31,832 nt of DNA, taken from NCBI GenBank assembly GCA_002269645.1, contig NIVC01004908.1, forward strand, positions 1 through 31,832. The letters run 5' to 3'. Below the pieces are notes generated by a model that saw only the letters and a list, made by a program, of their open reading frames with translations, searched no databases and was not told the origin of the DNA. The position numbers were made by a program, and so were the translations under genes. This document shows positions 18,901-29,323 of this stretch, one piece after another. The stretch's first letter is position 1, and every line of letters starts with the position of its first letter. This DNA comes from Macrostomum lignano. Taxonomy: Eukaryota.

Positions 18901-21900
18901 CTATGTCAGAATAGCTGTCAGAAGCTAAGAATGTCAGTAGCTATGTCAGAATAGCTGTCAGAAGCTAAGAATGTCAGTAGCTATGTCAGAATAGCTGTCA
19001 GAAGCTAAGAATGTCAGTAGCTATGTCAGAATAGCTGTCAGAAGCTAAGAATGTCAGTAGCTATGTCAGAATAGCTGTCAGAAGCTAAGAATGTCAGTAG
19101 CTATGTCAGAATAGCTGTCAGAAGCTAAGAATGTCAGTAGCTATGTCAGAATAGCTGTCAGAAGCTAAGAATGTCAGTAGCTATGTCAGAATAGCTGTCA
19201 GAAGCTAAGAATGTCAGTAGCTATGTCAGAATAGCTGTCAGAAGCTAAGAATGTCAGTAGCTATGTCAGAATAGCTGTCAGAAGCTAAGAATGTCAGTAG
19301 CTATGTCAGAATAGCTGTCAGAAGCTAAGAATGTCAGTAGCTATGTCAGAATAGCTGTCAGAAGCTAAGAATGTCAGTAGCTATGTCAGAATAGCTGTCA
19401 GAAGCTAAGAATGTCAGTAGCTATGTAGAATAGCTGTCAGAAGCTAAGAATGTCAGTAGCTATGTCAGAATAGCTGTCAGAAGCTAAGAATGTCAGTAGC
19501 TATGTCAGAATAGCTGTCAGAAGCTAAGAATGTCAGTAGCTATGTCAGAATAGCTGTCAGAAGCTAAGAATGTCAGTAGCTATGTCAGAATAGCTGTCAG
19601 AAGCTAAGAATGTCAGTAGCTATGTCAGAATAGCTGTCAGAAGCTAAGAATGTCAGTAGCTATGTCAGAATAGCTGTCAGAAGCTAAGAATGTCAGTAGC
19701 TATGTCAGAATAGCTGTCAGAAGCTAAGAATGTCAGTAGCTATGTCAGAATAGCTGTCAGAAGCTAAGAATGTCAGTAGCTATGTCAGAATAGCTGTCAG
19801 AAGCTAAGAATGTCAGTAGCTATGTAGAATAGCTGTCAGAAGCTAAGAATGTCAGTAGCTATGTAGAATAGCTGTCAGAAGCTAAGAATGTCAGTAGCTA
19901 TGTAGAATAGCTGTCAGAAGCTAAGAATGTCAGTAGCTATGTCAGAATAGCTGTCAGAAGCTAAGAATGTCAGTAGCTATGTCAGAATAGCTGTCAGAAG
20001 CTAAGAATGTCAGTAGCTATGTAAGAATAGCTGTCAGAAGCTAAGAATGTCAGTAGCTATGTCAGAATAGCTGTCAGAAGCTAAGAATGTCAGTAGCTAT
20101 GTCAGAATAGCTGTCAGAAGCTAAGAATGTCAGTAGCTATGTCAGAATAGCTGTCAGAAGCTAAGAATGTCAGTAGCTATGTCAGAATAGCTGTCAGAAG
20201 CTAAGAATGTCAGTAGCTATGTCAGAATAGCTGTCAGAAGCTAAGAATGTCAGTAGCTATGTCAGAATAGCTGTCAGAAGCTAAGAATGTCAGTAGCTAT
20301 GTCAGAATAGCTGTCAGAAGCTAAGAATGTCAGTAGCTATGTCAGAATAGCTGTCAGAAGCTAAGAATGTCAGTAGCTATGTCAGAATAGCTGTCAGAAG
20401 CTAAGAATGTCAGTAGCTATGTCAGAATAGCTGTCAGAAGCTAAGAATGTCAGTAGCTATGTCAGAATAGCTGTCAGAAGCTAAGAATGTCAGTAGCTAT
20501 GTCAGAATAGCTGTCAGAAGCTAAGAATGTCAGTAGCTATGTCAGAATAGCTGTCAGAAGCTAAGAATGTCAGTAGCTATGTCAGAATAGCTGTCAGAAG
20601 CTAAGAATGTCAGTAGCTATGTCAGAATAGCTGTCAGAAGCTAAGAATGTCAGTAGCTATGTCAGAATAGCTGTCAGAAGCTAAGAATGTCAGTAGCTAT
20701 GTCAGAATAGCTGTCAGAAGCTAAGAATGTCAGTAGCTATGTCAGAATAGCTGTCAGAAGCTAAGAATGTCAGTAGCTATGTCAGAATAGCTGTCAGAAG
20801 CTAAGAATGTCAGTAGCTATGTCAGAATAGCTGTCAGAAGCTAAGAATGTCAGTAGCTATGTCAGAATAGCTGTCAGAAGCTAAGAATGTCAGTAGCTAT
20901 GTCAGAATAGCTGTCAGAAGCTAAGAATGTCAGTAGCTATGTCAGAATAGCTGTCAGAAGCTAAGAATGTCAGTAGCTATGTCAGAATAGCTGTCAGAAG
21001 CTAAGAATGTCAGTAGCTATGTCAGAATAGCTGTCAGAAGCTAAGAATGTCAGTAGCTATGTCAGAATAGCTGTCAGAAGCTAAGAATGTCAGTAGCTAT
21101 GTCAGAATAGCTGTCAGAAGCTAAGAATGTCAGTAGCTATGTCAGAATAGCTGTCAGAAGCTAAGAATGTCAGTAGCTATGTCAGAATAGCTGTCAGAAG
21201 CTAAGAATGTCAGTAGCTATGTCAGAATAGCTGTCAGAAGCTAAGAATGTCAGTAGCTATGTCAGAATAGCTGTCAGAAGCTAAGAATGTCAGTAGCTAT
21301 GTCAGAATAGCTGTCAGAAGCTAAGAATGTCAGTAGCTATGTCAGAATAGCTGTCAGAAGCTAAGAATGTCAGTAGCTATGTCAGAATAGCTGTCAGAAG
21401 CTAAGAATGTCAGTAGCTATGTCAGAATAGCTGTCAGAAGCTAAGAATGTCAGTAGCTATGTCAGAATAGCTGTCAGAAGCTAAGAATGTCAGTAGCTAT
21501 GTCAGAATAGCTGTCAGAAGCTAAGAATGTCAGTAGCTATGTCAGAATAGCTGTCAGAAGCTAAGAATGTCAGTAGCTATGTCAGAATAGCTGTCAGAAG
21601 CTAAGAATGTCAGTAGCTATGTCAGAATAGCTGTCAGAAGCTAAGAATGTCAGTAGCTATGTCAGAATAGCTGTCAGAAGCTAAGAATGTCAGTAGCTAT
21701 GTCAGAATAGCTGTCAGAAGCTAAGAATGTCAGTAGCTATGTCAGAATAGCTGTCAGAAGCTAAGAATGTCAGTAGCTATGTCAGAATAGCTGTCAGAAG
21801 CTAAGAATGTCAGTAGCTATGTCAGAATAGCTGTCAGAAGCTAAGAATGTCAGTAGCTATGTCAGAATAGCTGTCAGAAGCTAAGAATGTCAGTAGCTAT

Positions 21901-23260
21901 GTCAGAATAGCTGTCAGAAGCTAAGAATGTCAGTAGCTATGTCAGAATAGCTGTCAGAAGCTAAGAATGTCAGTAGCTATGTCAGAATAGCTGTCAGAAG
22001 CTAAGAATGTCAGTAGCTATGTCAGAATAGCTGTCAGAAGCTAAGAATGTCAGTAGCTATGTCAGAATAGCTGTCAGAAGCTAAGAATGTCAGTAGCTAT
22101 GTCAGAATAGCTGTCAGAAGCTAAGAATGTCAGTAGCTATGTCAGAATAGCTGTCAGAAGCTAAGAATGTCAGTAGCTATGTCAGAATAGCTGTCAGAAG
22201 CTAAGAATGTCAGTAGCTATGTCAGAATAGCTGTCAGAAGCTAAGAATGTCAGTAGCTATGTCAGAATAGCTGTCAGAAGCTAAGAATGTCAGTAGCTAT
22301 GTCAGAATAGCTGTCAGAAGCTAAGAATGTCAGTAGCTATGTCAGAATAGCTGTCAGAAGCTAAGAATGTCAGTAGCTATGTCAGAATAGCTGTCAGAAG
22401 CTAAGAATGTCAGTAGCTATGTCAGAATAGCTGTCAGAAGCTAAGAATGTCAGTAGCTATGTCAGAATAGCTGTCAGAAGCTAAGAATGTCAGTAGCTAT
22501 GTCAGAATAGCTGTCAGAAGCTAAGAATGTCAGTAGCTATGTCAGAATAGCTGTCAGAAGCTAAGAATGTCAGTAGCTATGTAGAATAGCTGTCAGAAGC
22601 TAAGAATGTCAGTAGCTATGTCAGAATAGCTGTCAGAAGCTAAGAATGTCAGTAGCTATGTCAGAATAGCTGTCAGAAGCTAAGAATGTCAGTAGCTATG
22701 TCAGAATAGCTGTCAGAAGCTAAGAATGTCAGTAGCTATGTCAGAATAGCTGTCAGAAGCTAAGAATGTCAGTAGCTATGTCAGAATAGCTGTCAGAAGC
22801 TAAGAATGTCAGTAGCTATGTAGAATAGCTGTCAGAAGCTAAGAATGTCAGTAGCTATGTCAGAATAGCTGTCAGAAGCTAAGAATGTCAGTAGCTATGT
22901 CAGAATAGCTGTCAGAAGCTAAGAATGTCAGTAGCTATGTAAGAATAGCTGTCAGAAGCTAAGAATGTCAGTAGCTATGTCAGAATAGCTGTCAGAAGCT
23001 AAGAATGTCAGTAGCTATGTCAGAATAGCTGTCAGAAGCTAAGAATGTCAGTAGCTATGTAAGAATAGCTGTCAGAAGCTAAGAATGTCAGTAGCTATGT
23101 AAGAATAGCTGTCAGAAGCTAAGAATGTCAGTAGCTATGTAAGAATAGCTGTCAGAAGCTAAGAACGTCAGTAGCTATGTAAGAATGGCTGTCAGAAGCT
23201 AAGAATGTCAGTAGCTATGTAAGAATGCTGTCAGAAGCTAAGAATGTCAGTAGCTATGTC
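12984..23260 (+). repeat. 40-bp satellite array (gtcagaatagctgtcagaagctaagaatgtcagtagctat), ~257 copies, ~10.3 kb
   Basis: Direct inspection; no ORFs in the six-frame track. Confidence 0.99.
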
Positions 23261-23625
23261 AAAAAACAGTCAAAAAATAACTTTCAATAACTGACGAGAG
23301 TTTTGTATTAACAGAATGTGCAGTAGATAGGCACAACAAAATAATTTATCAAGTCACATTTAATTTATCAGTTAGCAAGGTCTACAACAGTATTTTAACA
23401 TATGAGTACTTATTTAAAAGCTGATAATGTACATGATAGCTAAAAACAGAGTCTGATTACTGCAAATACTTTGCATGGTTTCTACACCTTTACAGCTGAA
23501 AAAATCCAAGAAAAAAGGAACTTGGGTTAAACTAGGCATTTAAAACATACGCTCGTACTGCTACTTATAAAGTAGCAAGTAGTAAAAGCAACGCAAAAAT
23601 GCAATTACACCAATAAATTAATGAG

Positions 23626-23631
23626 TTTATT
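23626..23631 (-). promoter_or_regulatory. Candidate polyadenylation signal (AATAAA) of GATAD1
   Basis: About 8 nt after the TGA of the proposed last exon. Confidence 0.5.
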
Positions 23632-23638
23632 TTGTAGT

Positions 23639-24934
23639 TCACTTCCTGCCGGCAGTGGCAGCCTGTTCAATCAGAGGCTCCCTCTTGTAGGCAGCCGGCT
23701 GCTTGCCACGCTGCTGTTGCTGGGCGGTCACGGCCGCCACCCGGTCCGCCGCGAACCGAATTCTAGCAGACGGGGAGCGGGGAAATTTGGCGACGGTCCA
23801 CGCCGTCGAGTCTGTCGCATCCGAGGATGAATAGCCGATAGACTGGACGAAGCCGCGGCAAGATTTCGCTGAGTTATTGTTGAGGAGCGGTTGATGCGTT
23901 CAAGTCAATTTCTAAGAAACGGCAGTTGTATGCATATGGATTGCTAATCTAGCCAGAGTGCATATGGATTGCTAATCTAGCCAGTATGCATATGGATTGC
24001 TAATCTAGCCAGTATGCATATGGATTGCTAATCTAGCCAGTATGCATATGGATTGCTAATCTAGCCAGAATGCATATGGATTGCTAATCTAGCCAGAATG
24101 CATATGGATTGCTAATCTAGCCAGTATGCATATGGATTGCTAATCTAGCCAGTATGCATATGGATTGCTAATCTAGCCAGTATGCATATGGATTGCTAAT
24201 CTAGCCAGTATGCATATGGATTGCTAATCTAGCCAATATACATATGGACTGGTCTTGGACTTTAAAGGAAGACAATCCCCACCTGACGGTCCGCCAATGA
24301 TTTCCTGAGCTCGAATCCGACATGCTAACCGGCCAGCAATGGCCGATCGGCTGCAGACGAACCGGACAGAGTCCAACGGCCTCGGCGCGTCCTCGTCGGG
24401 GCCGGGCAGGTAGGCGGCCGGATCGAAGCTGCCATCGGGCGGGGCAGCGGTAGTTGGCAGCAGCCAGGTGAGCACGCAATAGCCAGTTAGGTACTGATCC
24501 TGCAGCAGGCCGCGCAGCAGAGCATAGTAAGCCACCCCCTGGGACTGCTTGTCCTTCAGCTGGACAACATCGCCAATGGCATAGCGGACGCCAATTTGGA
24601 CTAAACTGTCCGAGCTGACCGGCGCTACGCAGGCCGGCCCGGATTTCATCGCCCGGATGGCCGATTCTGCGGCCGCGGCGGCTGCAGCAGCTGCAACGGT
24701 GGCCTCTGCCGAATCCGACGCCGCCTGGTGCCTGCCGCCGGCGCCCCGGCCAGCCGCCGACTTTGGACTCTGCTGGATGGCGGCTGGAGCCAGCTCGGCT
24801 AGAGCCATGCGGTACTTATACGGCTCCTTGCGCACCCGGGAAGTTCGACGCAGTGGCGACAGGCTGGTTGAAGTCGGACTCGCGACGGCAGCGGCATCTT
24901 TTTTATCATTGCCAGCTTCCAACTCGCCAACCAT
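23639..24934 (-). CDS. GATAD1: GATA zinc finger domain-containing protein 1 homolog (BAH-like domain); exons 24934-24283 and 23868-23639
   Basis: RRTSRVRK...GVRYAIGDVVQLKD...YYALLRGLLQDQY...LTWLLPT...FDPAAYLPGPDEDAPRPLDSVRFVC matches my recollection of GATAD1 (GVYYQIGDVV...YYAQIRGFIQDQY...LTWLIPT...FDPASYIIGPEED). Donor tcag|gtgggg (24282) and acceptor ctcag|cg (23869) join in phase 1 to a 76-codon open exon followed by AATAAA. The unspliced ORF stops at 24224. Confidence 0.85.
23928..24247 (+). repeat. 28-bp minisatellite (gtatgcatatggattgctaatctagcca), ~11 copies, in the GATAD1 intron
   Basis: Direct inspection. Confidence 0.95.
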
Positions 24935-25032
24935 AGCTTTGCACTCAAGGTAAGCTGGAGTAGAATGAGCAGTTTAATAATTAGGTACCTGCTAGGTTTG
25001 TCTGTGTCATCATGGGTGTGTGACATGACAGA

Positions 25033-25349
25033 GGGGCCCTAGTGGTCTAGCGCGGCGCTCTGATGTGCCAGCGGCCCAGGCTCGATTCCAAGTGCAGTCG
25101 CATTAATTTGGGGCTGAATTGGAATCTCGGCTTGGCTCTGCTCGTGCAATTAACGGCCTTGATGGCCAACCCTCAAGGTACAGTAAAGTGTTCATGCCTA
25201 ACAGTAAACACTGTGCATGTTTAATTGTGCATATGACTGCATATGTATCTGCACACTTGTGTGACTGCTCAGGGAAGTTGGCAGAATTGTGTGACAATTT
25301 TGCTTAACATGCACCAGAATGCATGCAGACTTTGCCTCTAATTAAAAAA
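25033..25349 (+). mobile_element. tRNA-derived SINE, copy 2
   Basis: Head ccctagtggtctagcgcggcgctctga...gcggcccaggctcgattcc resembles tRNA-Glu(CTC) as I recall it. B-box ggctcgattcc at 25079-25089. A 78-nt core is shared with copy 1, as is the tail (tgcctctaattaaaaaa). Confidence 0.8.
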
Positions 25350-27089
25350 TCAAAGAAGACATATCAAATTAAATTTTGGCATTCTAACTTTGGACCCCAG
25401 ATGCCAAAATTTTAATTAAATTAGATATAAATTTGAGTTTAATCAAAGGGAAATATCATCCCTAACCTTAGCTTTTACACTTTGTATCTGGCTTAACTCA
25501 TCTTTTGATCTTATTGTACACATGCTCTATAAAGCTTCAATTGTCTGCAATACTTGGGTCAACTGATTAAAAAAACATACTGACTAACCTCTATCCAACC
25601 TACTTAACCTCTATTGGCAATTGCTATAAAGATTTCAATGAAGCCACTCTAGTCTTGCCTTTTTATGGCCATCCCATATAGGCTCTCAAGAACAAAAAGT
25701 ATAAGTTATTTTGCTTAACACAAAAGCAAAATGGTCTTTTTTGTACTACCAAGTTGTCTAAAGTCTTAAATGTCCCCCTGGCTCTATATCTATATGTTAA
25801 TGTTGTTGATTAATTCAATTGCACAGATGACCAATGTCTCTAAAGTAAGAAAAACAAAAAAGATAACCTATATATAAGAACATTGGCTTAAACATAATGC
25901 CATTCAAAGATACATTTATGACTTAATACTTATACTCATTGTTAAAAACCTATTGATTGCTTAAAATCCTTAATAAATGTCAATATGACTTTAAAATCAT
26001 TAATCCTTAATAGTATTACACATTAAAGCTTAATCACATAGTCCTAATACATAGCTTACATATAATGACATGGCATTAGTCATGATCTTTGCATATTCTA
26101 AGAAGGTAAATTTACTATATTTTTATATTTGCTTATCTTATTAATATGATACCTAAATATTTTATTGAAATTTGGTTAAATTTTAAATTAGTTTCCTTTT
26201 TAGAAGTTGCTAAATAATAAATATGTATCTAGTATATTTCAACTTTCTCTATTGACTAGGCAAATATGACATATTTTTGTAAGACAACATTTAGTATATG
26301 GTATTTGGTACAATATAACCCTAAAACATGTGTAAATATTTTTCTTTTTCTAATAATCTAGTTTTAACTTCATTTCCCCCTTTTTATTGTCTCTTTTTTC
26401 CTTTTTCTTTACTATTTTGTTGCCTTTTCTATTTATTGGTTCTGGAAAGAACTAGGCCTAATTTTGCAACTTACTTTGGCTAGCTAGCAACTTTTTAAAG
26501 ATCTGGATCAACCAGATCTACTAGGTCTAGGTGTTGTATATGTATTTTCACAAAATATATTCAAATTTTTAATATATTCAAATATTTAATATAGTCAAAT
26601 TTAATATATTCATATTATATTCTAAATATTCATAATTTAATATATTCAAATCTTCTTTATATTCAAATATATTCAAATATTTTCAATACTTTTAAAATTG
26701 GTATCTATTATTAAAATTAAAAGGCTTATTTTGGTTATATATTTTTGGTAAAAAGCTTTAGCAAATATTTATTAATGATTTTATTATAACTTTTGAATAC
26801 ATAATTTTAGAGCAAAGTATAAAATTGACTTTAGGCTTACCAAAGACTTTGGAAGACTTTAAATTCTTTTTATAATTATATATAGGCCTAGATATATACA
26901 CAAATAAAAAAGCTTTGCCTTTGTATATTACATATTTCATTTCTTTAATTAAAATCACTCAAACTCACTTTCCAAACTTAAACCTACTATCACCCATCCC
27001 TTCCTCTACTATCTACCTTACAATATTGCACTACAGGCCCTTTAGTTGTTTTTGATATATACTCAGTGACAGCTAAAACTCCCCCCCAC

Positions 27090-27217
27090 TCACGCTGTCA
27101 CACGGGCACAAAAGTTAAGCAATGTCTTTAATTCCCACCAGTGGGTTGAGTTGCGCCACCCCCTCACCAAATCCCCCATGCCGCACTTTGCGCTTGCGTG
27201 CTACAGGATAGATAGAT
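27090..27217 (+). mobile_element. Possible truncated retroelement 3' end
   Basis: GC/CpG-containing island inside a CpG-free domain, ending in a gatagatagata tail. No family identified. Confidence 0.2.
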
Positions 27218-27454
27218 ATTTTGGTAAATGAATATTTCAGTTAGGCATAAAGGTAGCTTTTTGGTGAAGGCCAAGGGTTTCAAAATTTTACTCAATATAT
27301 ATCATTCCTAGTCAACACCCTATAGTTATCTAACTTATCTTAATAAAATCTAGCATATTAATAATGGTAAAATGTTTAATCTTACTAAGATTCCTACTAA
27401 GATTCATAGGCCTAGTAAGATAAAGCTGACTTGGTACTTCTTACTTTGCCTTTG

Positions 27455-27923
27455 CCATAGTCAGGAAGGTGGCCTTTGCCATGGAAAATTCCAGCGCATA
27501 CAAGGGGTCCTTGGCGCACTTGGTGCACAATCATGGCGCATACTGAGGTCCCTGGCGCATGCGGCGCACAATCACGGCGCACACTGAGGTCCCTAGCGGC
27601 TAGCGCATGTGGTGTATAATTGCGGCGCATAAGATAAGGTCCCTGACATATGCGATGCTATGCACAACTTTGGTGCATAAGGAATCAAAATCAAATCTTT
27701 ATTAACAAAACTGGTATAGCATATTGAGTCTGTATGAATTCTAAGAATTTTGTAAATTTGTTATAAAATATGTAATTTATGTAAAAAACGTAAATTACAT
27801 AAAATATATAAAATAAGGGCACAGACATGGCGCACAGATGGTATACAAATGGTGCATAGATGGCACGCAGATTGTCCCAAAAAAATTATTCCGGCACATG
27901 CTGTGCCACTTTCCTGACTATGG
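27455..27923. mobile_element. Non-autonomous DNA transposon (MITE), 469 bp, 19-bp TIRs, 8-bp TSD
   Basis: Left TIR ccatagtcaggaaggtggc (27455-27473) matches the reverse complement of 27905-27923 (ccatagtcaggaaagtggc) at 18/19. Identical flanks tgcctttg at 27447-27454 and 27924-27931. Subterminal GGCGCA repeats and an AT-rich centre. Confidence 0.88.
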
Positions 27924-29323
27924 TGCCTTTGTAAGCTAATCTTGGTAGTCTTAATAGTAGTAATAAGAATATAAATACTATCAAGATTATTCTGGTTTTT
28001 TGCATCAAATATTGATATATGCTTGCTAATGAACAAATCACTAGGCCTATTAGGCCTGTATATCACAACAATAGATTAGTTTCAAGCAGTTATATATTTA
28101 TTACCCCAATCCCTGCCCATCCAGTCTTACCATTAAATAATGTGCAAAAATCTTGTAGTATAGGCCCATTTAGCCTATAGATTACATTTCTTAAATCAGT
28201 CACATAGTTATAGATTAACTGAGATCCCCTTAATATTTAGCAAAGAGCAGTTCTTTATAATTTAATGCTTTTTACATTGCAAAATTTTTCATTTGAACAG
28301 TGACTGGGATTTATTTTCATTTTAAACTCAATAAATTAACATTCTAAGCACTACACTACAACAGTGAGAAAACATTAACCCTTTACACAGCTTTAGACTT
28401 TACACAGGGAAAATCTGGGTATGAACACAATAAGGAATAAAAAAGTATAGCAATAGAAAAATTTGGAGTAGGTTATAAATTTATAATAAATTTTTAGCTT
28501 TTTTTTCAAGTTACATGGTATAAGAAAGAAATCATACAATTATGTATAGAAAACATGGAAGACAAAAGGTTTATTTCAAAAATGTCATGTTAATAAAAAA
28601 AAATTAAATTTTAAAGGACATTAAAATAAAGTGAATATTAGTTACTTACAATCCTTTTTGTCAGGCTGTCTAAATGTATGATTCCAATTCATGATTCATG
28701 CATGATTCCTTATACAAGCTAGCACCAGCTACCAGGAAGACTCAAGATATGGTAGCTAGAGCACTATCATTGCTAATAGTACTGAATAACATTTTTTGCT
28801 GCTGCTATAGTCAACATTATGACTATCAAGGCTGTAAATGGAGAGTAAGTTGCAATGTAAAAGAAAATAAATAGATAAAAATTACAAAATTTTACAATTA
28901 CATTACAATCACAATTACAGCTAAAAAAACCAAGGCCTAAGGCAATCAAAATTAAGTGCAAAAAAACTAAAAACTTAATAAACATTATTTTTGATTAGAA
29001 CTAATAAATAATATAAAAAGGTAAATCTTTTTAAAAGGATACACAAAAGAATCTAGGAGCAATAAATTGTAACCAAGCTAGCTTGCAATGAAATCATATC
29101 TATTATTTTAGAGTAAAGCCAAGAGAAAAAAAGAGAGATAGAGAATCATACATTTTATAGTGCCAAAAAGCCTATACCATTATCAACTTTATACAATTAA
29201 ACTATATATTAATAATTTGCTTACTACCAACTCTGCAGTTGAAAAAAGATATATATTAAACATCAGTGAAATATAAAGATTTACATTGTATGTTTATAGT
29301 AGGAATAAAAGTTATGTTGCTTA

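Noticed and set aside
12984-23260. CRISPR-like array
   Set aside because: Units are head-to-tail with no unique spacers, there are no cas genes, and the context is eukaryotic. The same applies to all the smaller arrays.
25033-25105. Functional tRNA gene (also 11257-11325)
   Set aside because: No complete cloverleaf: the D-arm is truncated and the acceptor stem does not pair. It continues into a shared SINE body and A-tail.
25371-25412. 12-bp inverted repeat aaattttggcat/atgccaaaattt, and an 8-bp stem at 23559-23577
   Set aside because: AT-rich, with no TSD or second copy seen, so nothing supports a function.
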